Both the position numbers and the translations under genes were made by a program. A stretch of DNA of 33,765 nucleotides, from positions 1,952,236-1,986,000 of the forward strand of contig JAWMAR010000217.1 of the NCBI GenBank assembly GCA_036785375.1. Direction: 5' to 3'. The stretch comes from Leucoraja ocellata (lineage: Eukaryota). Shown here in pieces: positions 1 through 11,434 of the stretch. Within the stretch, counting starts at the first letter, position 1, and every line of letters begins with the position of its first letter. The notes under the pieces were generated by a model. That model saw only the letters and a program-made list of their open reading frames with translations, was not told the origin of the DNA and did no database searches.

Positions 1-2
1 AT

Positions 3-17
3 TATATATATGTGTGC

Positions 18-54
<37 letters not shown>

Positions 55-75
55 CACACACACACACACACACAT
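3..75. repeat. Compound (TA)n/(TG)n/(CA)n microsatellite
   Basis: Dinucleotide runs visible directly. Confidence 0.95.
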
Positions 76-599
76 AATTGCTGCATAATTTATTTTTGTG
101 TGTTTGTCTGTGTCTATGTGCTATGATCCTGTGATGTTGCTACAAACAAGATTTGCATTGCACTTGTGCTTCACTACATATGCATATTGCAATAAACTCG
201 ACGATGATTCATAGTGCAAAAATCAGATCATATTAGCTTTGAAGAAAACTCAATGACCGAGTGTCCATCGCTTTCAGGTAGAAAATTTGCAAGGTTCATC
301 AACCTTTAAGGCCAATTTTCAATTTCAGTCCTTAATTATAGCCTATAATTATAAATCATAAGTCTTTACTTCCCAAATTTCCAGTTAGTTAACGGTCCCT
401 TATATGCCTCACTGTTTACCTATTATTCGTAAACTCCAGAATGAACAACACATTCAGCCCAGCAATCTGCTCGCTGATGTGCTCAAATATAAGAATAAAC
501 TATCCAAAGCCAATCTGGACTGGCCTAAGCCTGAAAACTTCTATTTATTGCCTGGAGAATTCTATTATGGAAACTATACATTCAATCTACCCGCACTGT

Positions 600-1240
600 A
601 AGCTGCAATTTCTCTCCTATCCAAGTACCAGTCCAAATGCCTTTTAAATGCTGTGTTCAGCTTCCGTAATGTCCTCTGGCAGCTTGTTACAGTTATTCAC
701 CACCCTGCATGAAAGGCTTCTCAGATTTTCTTTAAAATTCTCCGTCCTTGGGAAAAAGATTCTGACACTTATCTATGGCCCTCATCAATTTGTAAACATG
801 GCGACTCTTGTGCACTGTCTCGGTGTAATCTACTATTCTTCCACTTTTGTACTTAAGTATGTTTAAGTGTGCCTATGTACAGTAAGATTGTATATACTTA
901 CTACACTACTATACTATATATAATGCAAACACTAGGATTTCACTGTACCTTGGTGCATATAAAACAGAACCACTGAATATCAAACCATTAGTCACCTCTT
1001 ATATTCCTGTTACAGTAAGAATAAACCCAGCCTTTTCAATCTCTTTATATAACTACAGCTGCCCATTCTAGACAACATCCTGATGGATCTCCTTAGTGTG
1101 ATGACCAGAACTGTGCACAATAATCATGTGCAGTATAACCAATGTTTGGTACAACTGTAACATGGCATTCCAACTCTTATATTCAATGCCTATGTCTATG
1201 AAGGCAAGCATACCAAATATATTTTTCACAACTCTGGATC
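600..1240 (-). mobile_element. Old CR1-type LINE 3' fragments, interrupted by a LINE/SINE tail at about 790-985
   Basis: Degenerate match to the younger minus-strand CR1 at 20062-20742 (gaccagaactgtgcacaataatc vs gaccaaaactgtacacaatactc). Confidence 0.6.
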
Positions 1241-1356
1241 CCATAAGGTCTTGAGGATTTATCCAGCTTAATGTGTTCCAATATTTCTAGCACCTCCTTC
1301 CCGATACAGATGTACGCCAGAACATTCCACTCCCTTATCTCGTCAGTCCCCACATT

Positions 1357-1430
1357 TTTCAGAAAGAGTCTCGACATGAAACGTCATAAATTCCTTCTCT
1401 CCAGAGATGCTGCCCTTCCCGCTGAGTATC
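1357..1430 (+). mobile_element. Degenerate Penelope-like terminal fragment with decayed hammerhead motif
   Basis: agaaagagtctcgacatgaaacgtcataaattccttctctccagagatgctgcc resembles the termini at 3170, 7538 and 17820. Confidence 0.65.
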
Positions 1431-1610
1431 TATCTTCGAGAACTATAAAGTGTCTAGCTGCAAGATGAAATTATGGTTTTCAAGCTCCCATCAGGTTTCA
1501 TTAGATCAGGATGAGAGGCTAGAGATGAAGAAAATCACCTCTTGGATCCTGCATCAGGTTGGGAGTTGTAGGATTGCAGATTAGGAGAGCCAAGGTCCTA
1601 TTTCATTTCA

Positions 1611-1684
1611 AAGATACACACAAAATGTTGGCATAACTCAGTGGATCAGGCAGCTTCTCTGGAGAAAATGGATAGGTGATGCCA
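1611..1684 (-). mobile_element. Penelope-like terminal fragment (part downstream of the hammerhead)
   Basis: Reverse complement catcacctatccattttctccagagaagctgcctgatccactgagttatgccaacattttgtgtgtatc matches the shared tail. Confidence 0.65.
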
Positions 1685-1879
1685 CCTAATTAACTATTTC
1701 TGCTACAATGCTGGGCAAACAATTCTATTTTTTAAACAGTAAATGCCAAGAAAAATGTAACATTTAAGTCCACTGCTTCCTTAGTAGCATCTTTTTAGGT
1801 TCTGGATTAGTTTACACAATCATTGCTCATATACTGTAGTTCCAAGTCAGTAAATTGTGGTTTGTAATCCTCTTACTGC

Positions 1880-2053
1880 TGTAATTACTGCTGTAATTTC
1901 AACATGGTGAGACCAAAATGTATAAAAAATGCCTTTATTAAAATCTGACTGTGCACTTTTAACCACGTGATTTTTTCCTATTACAAATCTCAAATTGTGG
2001 AGTACAGAGGTAAATAAATAAATCATGAGTCCCAAACATTATGGAGGGCACTG
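1880..2053. mobile_element. Tc1/mariner terminal inverted repeat fragment
   Basis: Ends gtcccaaacattatggagggcactg|TA, i.e. TA|CAGTGCCCTCCATAATGTTTGGGAC on minus: a Tc1-type CAGTG terminus with TA target. No partner TIR seen. Confidence 0.7.
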
Positions 2054-2661
2054 TAGTTGTATCATAATATCTCAACTTTTGTACTTAACACTCTTCCCAA
2101 TGACGGGCCTGATCTTGTGCTGTACTGTTCTACGTTCCGTGAGATGGACCATGTTAAAGTGGGAGTGGTGAAGGTACCATAAAAGTGGCAAAGCATTGAT
2201 TTTCACAAGACCAGGGAGCAGACACAATAGTCATTAATTTACAGGAAAATGTGATGTGTACATCTTTTGTTCAAAATATTCTCAAGGAACATATCTTTCG
2301 TCTATATGCCTTACACCTTCAGGGTTCAATACTGCATTCAACAATTTTGATAACCAGCACGTTCATTGTGTATTAAAGATAGGCAGTCTGTAACAAGTCT
2401 ACCTCTTTCTTTCTGCAGTCGCAGCCCAATCTGCTTTTTGTTTCAGATTTCCAGCAATTGCAGTGCGCAGAAAGTAAATTTTTGTATTTTATTTTAATTA
2501 TCTTCACTCATCTCCTTGCGTTTACACACCACTATTTTCTGCAATAATAATTATCACCTTCGCTCAGTTAGCACCATCAGCGTTTGCATAATTCAGTCTC
2601 TTTAAGCCTCCACCATATCACAGACAATTCCATTAGGGTCTTAATCGCTGAACGTTTTTTT

Positions 2662-2888
2662 CCTCAGGTCTGTGAAATTCTCTGCCGCAGAGGGTGGTGG
2701 AGGCCGGTTCTCTGGATACTTTCAGGAGAGAGCTAGATAGGGGTCTTAAAGATAGCGGAGTCAGGGTATATGGGGAGAAGGCTGGAGCGGGGTACTGATT
2801 GACGATGATCAGCCATGATCACGATGAATGGCGATGCTGGCTCGAAGGGCCGAATGGCCTACTCCTGCACCTATTGTCTATTGTCTAA
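2662..2888 (+). mobile_element. CR1/HER-type LINE 3' end
   Basis: ORF2 C-terminal WNSLP-region remnant and tail gatcagccatgatc...gggccgaatggcctactcctgcacc(tattgtc)2; close match to 20062-20290 and 12136-12409. Confidence 0.85.
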
Positions 2889-3164
2889 GGCCAAAACCTT
2901 TACTGGCGCCATGGAAGCAGGGTCAAATCTCATCATTGACTTCCCTCAACTGACAATTGTTTTTCAAATGTGGAAAGATGTCCTCATTGCACAGTGTCTT
3001 ATCAAGAACTTGTACTAACAGTGGACAGTAGAGCAGCAGAGGCAGGATAGTAGTAGTCCCTTGCTTTTCAGATCCAAAATCCTTATCTGTCCCATGGTGA
3101 TCACTGACTTTGGATCTTCCATACAGAATTTTGATTGACAAAAGTGCCAACAAAATAACTTCAG

Positions 3165-3203
3165 ATGGTCTGAAGAAGGGTTTCGGCCCGAAACGTTGCC
3201 TAT
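3165..3203 (+). ncRNA. Minimal type I hammerhead ribozyme motif, core intact
   Basis: CUGAAGA (3170-3176), extra A, stem II GGGU-UUCG-GCCC, GAAA (3190-3193), palindromic AACGUU, GUU triplet; weak stem I (auggu/gccuau). Activity untested. Confidence 0.65.
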
Positions 3204-3262
3204 TTCCTTCGCTCCATAGATGCTGCTGCACCTGCTGAGTTTCTCCAACTTTTTTGTGTACC
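3170..3262 (+). mobile_element. 93-bp Penelope-derived insertion with 9-bp TSD
   Basis: tcagatggt at 3161-3169 and 3263-3271; the insert matches the Penelope terminus at 7538-7630 and 17820-17908. Confidence 0.85.
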
Positions 3263-3622
3263 TCAGATGGTTGTTGTGTTTGCATTTTTTTTTATAGTTC
3301 ACCAGTAGTATCCCCATGGTGTTACACTCCTGATAAATTACAAACACCAAAATCCATTCCTGTTTTTTGTTCAACTATTAGACCATATGAAATAGTGAGC
3401 CATGATAATTACAAATTTGCTTTTTCTTGGATACTTTCTTTCAAATGATACATTCATTAACAAGAGTTAAGAATAAGGGATATAGACCCAAACTATTATT
3501 CTAAGGTGCAGCTTATTGGGAAATCAAGGAATTGTGATCAGTGCCACAGCAGAAGAAAACTATTAATGCCTTTCCATTGTTTTGTATGTTCAAATAAAAT
3601 ACAAATTGCTCATAATAATCAG

Positions 3623-3852
3623 GACACAAGTGACTGCAGATGCTGAAATCTCGAGCAAAAAACAAAGTGCTGGAGGAATTCAGCGAGTTGGGCAATCATC
3701 TCCGGAAGGAATGGACTGCCGATGTTTTGGATTTGGACTTTTCTTCAGATGAAGCAGTGCGAAGAAGGGTCCTGACCCCAAAATGTTGTCTGGCCATTCT
3801 CTCCACAGATGCTGCCTGACACGCTGAGTTTCGCCAGCATTTTATTTTTCGC
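3623..3852. mobile_element. Older degenerate fold-back of Penelope-like termini
   Basis: The minus arm (...gtgctggaggaattcagcgagttgggc...cttttcttcagat) faces a plus arm (gaagaagggtcctgacccc...gctgagtttcgccagcatt). Confidence 0.65.
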
Positions 3853-4919
3853 TAATAATACTGTTTTGTGAAAAGAAATGAAGTTAACATGCAAGACCGG
3901 TTACCCTTCATCAGAACCAATGATTAAAGAACATGGACCCAAAATGCTTCTGCTTTTCTCTCCATAGATGCTGACTGAACTGCCAAGTGCTTTTTCAGTT
4001 TTTAAATTTCATATTAATACCATCCACTAATTTGGGTTTTTGATTAGCATTTTGTATGCTATTGTGTATCAGATTCAGATTAAGAGCATACAAGTTTCCG
4101 AAGACCTAATACAGGTGTCAGAGGTGTGGAAACTGAACGATAAATATTTCATGTGATAAAATAGAATGTTCACCAATCCATTCATGCAAGCTCCATAATT
4201 TAAACAGACAAAAATCTGATATAGTTGCCTGACACTTTAATTAATTAATGACACTATTTTTCAGCCACAATTGTATTCCAATCTTTCACAATCTACAAAC
4301 AAACATAGGCAATTTGTTCAATTGACTCCAGCACATAGTACAACCTCACAATTAAAAACTAAATTCACACTATATTTGCTTTACAGTTGGGATCAGTATA
4401 TTATACAAAATATACAATTAAGAAGCACATTGTAAACACAAAATAATTCCTCAGGTTAATAGCTGTGAACAATATCTAGTTACACATTCTACATACCAAC
4501 ATGTTCAATTGAATAAAAATTAAATTACATCTTACTGAAATTATAATAATTTTATTTGCTAAAGTACAAATTTAAAACATTTTCCATTGTAGCTATTTTA
4601 TGATTTTTTAAAATGAATGTGCATGTGAAGAAACGTCCAGCTGTATATAGGTATTACCCGATAACTAATATTAGTCAAGTCAAATCATTATAAACATAAC
4701 ATATATTTACTGGTGTTCATGGGGATGAAATTGGGGGAAATAAGCACAAATTTCACCTTTAAATTAACAGATTATCGCATAATCCTTTCTTTTGCAATCT
4801 GCCAGTACAGTGTTTTCCGAGAGCGTAGTAAGGCAAACTGGTGTGATTGCAGTTATATTATCTGACAACACAATATAAGCAACAGTAAGAGAAGAAAGTT
4901 ATTTATTGCATGACAGCAA

Positions 4920-5495
4920 AAACATTTTGCAGAAAATACAGCAAGTAGTCAGCAAATCAAGCAGAATAAGTGAAGCAATCCATGTTTCACACCAAGGCCA
5001 AACTATCAGAACTGGAAAGGTTTGAGATTATTTAATTTGCAGAGCACAGTAGATGTATAATTTGATGCTCACGATGTGGCTCTGCGAAAGACCTTTGAGG
5101 TTGCTTCTAATCGCTTAAAAACATTCTGCCCCACTCATTCACATTGCCCTAACGATGTGCGGTATAAACTTAAGGAACAACTCATCTCCTAACTCGGGAT
5201 GCTACAACCCCCAGGATCTAATATTTAGTTTAACAATTTCAGGCATACGCACATTTTTCACTCTATGAATGAGGCTGTGGTATGTCTCAATTTCATTTAT
5301 TTTCCAATTGCCAGTTTTCAAAGTAACTGCTATCTGGTAGCTTTGGTCTGCTGTACCTGACTATCTCTGCAACTTAAACATACTTATTTTGCCACAACCT
5401 TGGCTTCAACCGTGTTTTGTTCCCCACAGATACTTCCCGATCTGCTGAGTGCTTCCAGCATTTTCATTTATATTTCCAGCGTCTGCAGCTTTTTG
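4920..5495 (+). mobile_element. Highly decayed Penelope-like element 3' end
   Basis: About 5160-5243 reads YKLKEQLIS*LGMLQPPGSNI*FNNFR, similar to KLEEQHLIFRLGSLHPSGMNIDFSNFR; the shared tail is at about 5420-5490. Confidence 0.6.
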
Positions 5496-7101
5496 TTTCA
5501 AAAGCTATGCACACTTGATGTTGTACTAATGACGCTTCAGCTCAAAACTTCAGTTATTTTGTAACTTTAAAGCAAAACTGAGCAATGGTTTGCCTTCCTA
5601 AATGAATAAACCTTCAATCTTTAAAGTTTGTCCAAATATTCACAACAATTTTGCTACTAGTTGTACACAGTTGAAACAATGGGAAGAATTATATTTAAAT
5701 GAAATAGTGATTCTAATCAATTTATTAAAATTCATTTAAATATTTGAACTAAACCATAGCAGCAATGAGTAAAACCGGCTAAAACAGTCAAATGAACTAT
5801 TGAACAGCTGTAATAGTTAAAAGGACCAGAATATCCCGGATTTATCACAACAGATAATGGGTCTAGCTCACTTGGAGATATTTATTCAAAGATATTGTCT
5901 TCTAATTTAAAATCTTAGCTTTAAAAATGTAAATTCATAAAACTGTAACCAGGGCTGGAATTTATTTTAGTTTTAAACTCTGAAAACAAACATTAGCCGA
6001 ACCCCTGTGTGACTATTCCCCCAAATAGCAGACCCCACTCCGGCAAAGGCAACCACCCAAGAGGGCGGTACACGTACACGTAGGCTATTCAAATATGTCC
6101 CTGGGACATGATGGTCAGGTCTTGCAATGTAAAATAGAGTAAAAATATACTTAAATGGGGTAAAAAAAAAAGGAGAATAATCTTAATCATGTCAAAGAAA
6201 ATGAAAACTGCCAAAATGCTGAGTGATTTCTCTCCAGAAGTTATATTACCTTGTACAAACTTCATGAATGGTCTGCAATATTCAAGTCAAATAGCAAAAA
6301 ACGTTTTCACAAAACAAAATGCACTGAGACATTGTTAAAGATAGCATTACTTTCCATACTAATCGAATTTCCTGGCATGTTAATAAGTAGCAATTTAGTT
6401 TCCTGAACATTTGAATAAAATACCAAGATTGACAAAATTCATTAACTTTCTTATAAAAGAATAAAGGCAGTCTTCATCACTATGTCCTGCAAGTGCATTC
6501 CTTCAAACTTAGTGCAAGCACCTTTCAAATCATTGCACTTTCAGTTTACAGATATATGATGTCAGCCATGACTATTAAAAACATTAAAAAAAAAGAATTC
6601 TATCGGTTTTGCTACACATGGAACCAAAAGCAAAAGACAAGGTTTTACTGAATCAATACTAAAAACAAAATTTCCAGCCCTAGTAATAACCAATTTTCTG
6701 TGATACATATATCACCAAGTCCTTCAAATTAATAGATCTGATTACACAATATTATTGAATTCATTTTTAAAGTTTTCTATCACTGGTATTAATAATGTCA
6801 AAATCATCTTTGCCTTAAAAATTATGTTCCACCTATGGGAGCATTTCACATAGTGTTTATTAATGCTTTGTTTTTTTTACAAAAAATAATTCAGGTATTA
6901 CTTTAGGAGCTGTGTTTATTGCATGCAACTACGAATTCCATAAATCTGAGGATTCAATAACGTACTCTCTGAAACCATAATATTGTGAAAGAGCATTTTG
7001 TTTGTTAAATAGTGCAGCTACTCTAACTAGATAGTGATAGACTCTGATTAAACTGCATTCAATACTCTGTTAAAATTCATCTCAGTAAGAGAAAGAAACA
7101 G

Positions 7102-7665
7102 GTGTACAAAAATGCTGGAGAAACTCAGCGGGTGAGGCAGCATCTATGGAGAGAAGGAAATAGGCAACGTTTTGGGCCGAAACCCTTCCTCAGACTGATG
7201 CGAGGATGGGGGGGAGGTGGGAAGAAGAAAGGAAGAGGAGGAGCCAGTGGGCTGAGGGAGAGCTGAGAAGGGGAGGAGAAACTAAGGACTACCGGAAATT
7301 AGAGAAGTCAATGTTCATACCGCTGGGGTGCAAACTGCCCAAGCGAAACTGCCCATCGGAGGAGCAGTACCTCATATTTTGCTTGGGCAGTTTGCACCCT
7401 AGCGGTATGAACATTGACTTCTCTAATTTCAGGTAGTCCTTACTTTCTCCTCCCCTTCTCAGCTCTCCCTCAGCCCACTGGCTCCTCCTCTTTCTTTCTT
7501 CTCCTCCCCCCCCCCCCCCCCCCCTCCTCACATCAGTCTGAGGAAGGGTCTCGGCCCAAAACGTTGCCTATTTCCTTCGCTCCATAGATGCAGCCTCACC
7601 CACTGAGTTTCTCCAGCATTTTTGTCTACCTTCGATTTTCCAACATCTGCAGTTCTTTCTTAAAC
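7102..7665. mobile_element. Penelope-like fold-back insertion (inverted arms of about 250 bp) with 15-bp TSD
   Basis: aagagaaagaaacag at 7087-7101 and 7666-7680. Arms about 7102-7348 and 7377-7630. The ORF track gives the same peptides on both strands, ending in the GIY-YIG C-terminus LGSLHPSGMNIDFSNFR*. Confidence 0.92.
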
Positions 7666-7837
7666 AAGAGAAAGAAACAGTCAGGTCCACACTACACATT
7701 ATATTACTGGGTTTCGATGAAAATTTATTGGGTTACAACATTTTGCAATGTCTTAGAAGAAATGTGCACTTACAATATAAGGGAAAATGAAATAGGAATT
7801 AAAAAGTCACTTCTAAAGCAATTTCAGATTTTTAATT

Positions 7838-8202
7838 TGACTGTCTACAAGGGATTGGACACGCTAGATGCAGGAAACATGTTCCCAATGTTGGGGGAGT
7901 ACAAAACCATGGGCCACAGTTTAAGAATAAGGGGTAGGCCATTTAGAACTGAGATGAGGAAACTTTTTCACACAGAGTTGTGAATTTGTGGAAATCTTTG
8001 CCTCAGAGATTTCCACAAATTGGCCAGTGCAGGCCAATTCACTGGATTATTCAAAAGAGAGTTAGATGGAGCTCTTCGGGCTAGTGGAATCAAGGAATAT
8101 GGGGAGAAGGAAGGAATGGGGTACTGATTGTGAATGATCAGCCATGATCACATCCAAGGGCCAAATGGCCGATTCTTGCACCTACTGTCTATGTATCAAT
8201 GT
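7838..8202 (+). mobile_element. CR1/HER-type LINE 3' fragment
   Basis: YKGLDTLDAGNMFPMLGEYKTMGHSLRIRGRPFRTEMRK matches the C-terminus of ORF 20208-20810; CR1 tail follows. Confidence 0.85.
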
Positions 8203-10117
8203 AACTGAAACAGCAATATTTAATTGAAAATATTGATGCCATTATTTATATGGAAAAAATTAGGCATTTTAGCACATTTTCCTTTACAATTATTTAGGGA
8301 ATTAGAGTCACCATGATAAAAATGTTATGATGAACATCCTCAAGAACTGACTACTGAATCTTTCAATAACATGATATCTCGACTCCAAAAACACATAAAA
8401 GGAACCCTCTATTTTGTCATCACGAGAATTCCATTCTCCTCAAATTCTATGCAATGCAAATTTTTAAAACTGTTAAAAGAAATTTGCTTTGATCAACGAA
8501 ATCCAATTCACAATCTGCAATTTTAGTTCATAAAATCGGAAATTCCATTTGATTGTCACTTTATACATTAAATTGTCTATTCTATTGTGTTTGGAATCCA
8601 ACTGAATAAAATGGATCCTTTTTCATGTACTCAAATTCACTGAAGACAGATTTACACATGGCCCCAGGGTAACACACTTAAATAAAACTTTCCCCCTACA
8701 ATTAAAAAAATCTTTGTTTAATTCTCTACTTTTGGAAAATATTTCAAGAACGGTTTAGTACAATGAGAAAGTAATTCTGCTATCATTTTTTTTATAATAA
8801 TACATTAAATACAAATAAGCATGAGGAGCAATGTTGAAAAATCTGCTATTCTGAATTACTTGGAAGATAAAGCAAGTCTATGTTAATCCTGAAATGTTAT
8901 TTGCCCTTTGTGGATAAATTTAAAGACCAATATACTATGCCATAGGTTGTTAACTATCATTAAATAAGTTATTTGATAGTGTGCAAGAGTGAATCTATTT
9001 TTCATTCCTGCTGATTTTATAAAGGCACTTTATCATTGTATAGTCAATGGGAAATGTAACATAATAGATTTGGCAATCAAACCAAACCCTACTCAGTACT
9101 TTGAATTTCCAAAATAACCCATTTAATTTCATGTGTTTATAAAATGAAACATTCAAGCTATTGGGCAATAACAGCGTCAGAATTATCATTCTTGATAAAT
9201 GGGTCAAGTATAATGACATTATCAAATATCATTACTTGTTGAAAGGAAGAAAAGTTTACCAAACAACCTCTATTACTACAACCAGTACAGTGATACTAGC
9301 TTGGTAACTTGGCTGATGATACACAGATGATTAAATCTATGAAGAAACATTAACCATTTAATAATTTATGGAGATGGCAAGGTGTCAAAGGAGTACTAAA
9401 ATATAAAATAACACAACTAAATGTTGGTACAATCTTGTGTAAGTTTTGCATGTAATAGATTTCCCACAGGTCACTCTGCCACTTAAAAACATTCACACCT
9501 TTGCTAAATGCTACAAAATTAGAAACACGGCATTGTATGTGCCAATAAATCACTTTGCACAACAGTGTAAAAGTCAGCTTTTATAAAGTCCACAGTAATG
9601 TTATCATACAAGTGTGATCTATAAGATAATCAATAAGTGAGCATTTATTTTACAAGTTCAGTCTGCCAAACCTGAAATTTTAATTTTAGACCATTCAAAT
9701 ACTCTGGCATTGGGAAATAAATTGAAAAGTTAGATGCAAGATTCTTGTTTTGATAATCTGGATGCTCAACTGTTACATCTGTACCAGCTATGGACATCAA
9801 GTTTTCTATTCAATATGCTTTGAAAGGTCATATTCCATTAAATAGAAGCTTTTAAAAAAAGACAAAATTGCACTTTCAAGTTAACAGGATTAAATCAAAA
9901 ATGCCCAATCTGTAGTAAAAATAATTCAATCATGTGTATTTCCAGCCACTAAACAAATCACATCCTTGCTGAATCATTGCTGATTGCAGAATTTCAATAT
10001 TGCATTCGCATCCTCTGAAATCTTTTTGCAAAATTAAACAATCTTGTGAAGACTTGTGTGATTCATGGATACTTGATGGCCTTGTTTGTGGATGCGTGCA
10101 ATCGTCCTGGTTGGCAG

Positions 10118-10147
10118 CTACCACATGTCATCTGGGAATGATGGTTC
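10118..10147 (-). CDS. PPM1A: PPM1A last coding exon with stop codon
   Basis: tttcttctctttatcaag|GAA CCA TCA TTC CCA GAT GAC ATG TGG TAG = EPSFPDDMW*. The terminal DDMW matches PPM1A rather than PPM1B. Confidence 0.94.
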   Translation of the reverse strand, partial: EPSFPDDMW

Positions 10148-11249
10148 CTTGATAAAGAGAAGAAATATAACTCTTTAAAGTCTGGAGTGCCCACAAATGC
10201 AGAAATTTCTAGACAACCCAGACTTCAAAGAGTTAGCAACCATAATGATTGGACTGAATTTATAGCTTATAGTAAATACAAACAATATTTTAATTCAGCA
10301 GTTGCACATATTGAGTAAAAATTCCCAGTAGTTGTCAAAACTCTGTCTGTGGCTTTGGAACTTTAACAACCTTAACCCAAGTGAACCCATAGGTTCTATT
10401 TCTGCTGTTATAATAATTTACTTCGTAATACTGTTATCAAGTTCAGACCATGAGAATTGGAAGTAGCAATTCAAAATGTTGATATAATAAGAGTTATTAG
10501 TATTCCATGATATCTTTAAATTTACATACAATTTCTCAGAGAAGAAAACTGAACTCCATTTCAAAATGATTTAAAATTCATGATATATTATCTACTCTAA
10601 TTAATGTGCCAGTTATGAGGATTAATCACACAACAGCAGAATATTTCCTGGGAATGGTAGACAAAGTTTGTATATCAAGCAAAGGAAGTACAAAAGGATT
10701 AAAAATTAACTTTGAAAGAGATCTGGGAGTTGTAACAGCCATTTCAAACTAACCCCTTCATCCTGAAAAGAGCACCAGAAAAAAACAAAACTTTATTAAG
10801 TTAATTATTCAATAGCCAACTCAAAAAATATTTGGTTAACAACATCTAATGCTTCTCAATGCTTGGGAAAACAGCAAATGAACAACCAACTTCCCCATCC
10901 CATGAAAGAATAAGCACACAACACCCAGATCCAATATTGTTTTCTGCAAGCCTTCTCTGCAAAGTACATGATACGAAGGATTACTTCATATAATTCAATC
11001 CTTTATTTTGTGCAGTTTAGTCGTGATTTGAAATGGGCTTGCTTGGAGAAACCCAGCATAAACCTGTTAAAGCCAATTTCCATTTAACTATGTTTTTGAT
11101 GAAGTAACAGAGAAGATTGAATCGGGAAACATGCTTCAAAAGGCGCCACACAGTAAATTCGACATCATGGAATTAAATGGACAATAACTGCAAATCCAAA
11201 AAAATTGACTAATTAGCAAAACAAACACAGGAGTGAAACTGTTATTGCA

Positions 11250-11432
11250 ACTGTAGGCCAGAGTAAGGTACATGGACATCGGGCCGCCCGTGGCTGCGAC
11301 TGCGGAGGGCACGGGGAGGCCCTGACCAGGGGGAACAATGGAGGAAGAGACTGACTTTGGTGCCTTCCCACACAGTGGGAAACTTTGATTCTGCTGTGTG
11401 GGGATGTTTTATGTCAAATTCTATAGTGTGTG
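11250..11432 (+). mobile_element. Fragment of an unclassified GC-rich element related to 32149-32967
   Basis: Shares gaagagac...acttt...tgccttcc..cacagtg...ctgtg..ggatgtt with the minus strand of 32270-32350. Confidence 0.55.
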
Positions 11433-11434
11433 TG

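Larger units (their letters stand above)
5500..10117 (-). other. PPM1A: Probable PPM1A 3' UTR / 3' flank; true end unknown
   Basis: Directly downstream of TAG; AT-rich and mostly unique. Minus-strand AATAAA (tttatt on +) at 9644, 7724, 6915, 6856, 5881 and 5721, but such hexamers are common at this AT content, so the end cannot be fixed. Confidence 0.45.

Noticed and set aside
404-601. 65-aa ORF as the end of a neighbouring gene
   Set aside because: No recognisable homology or convincing splice sites; sits among decayed LINE fragments.
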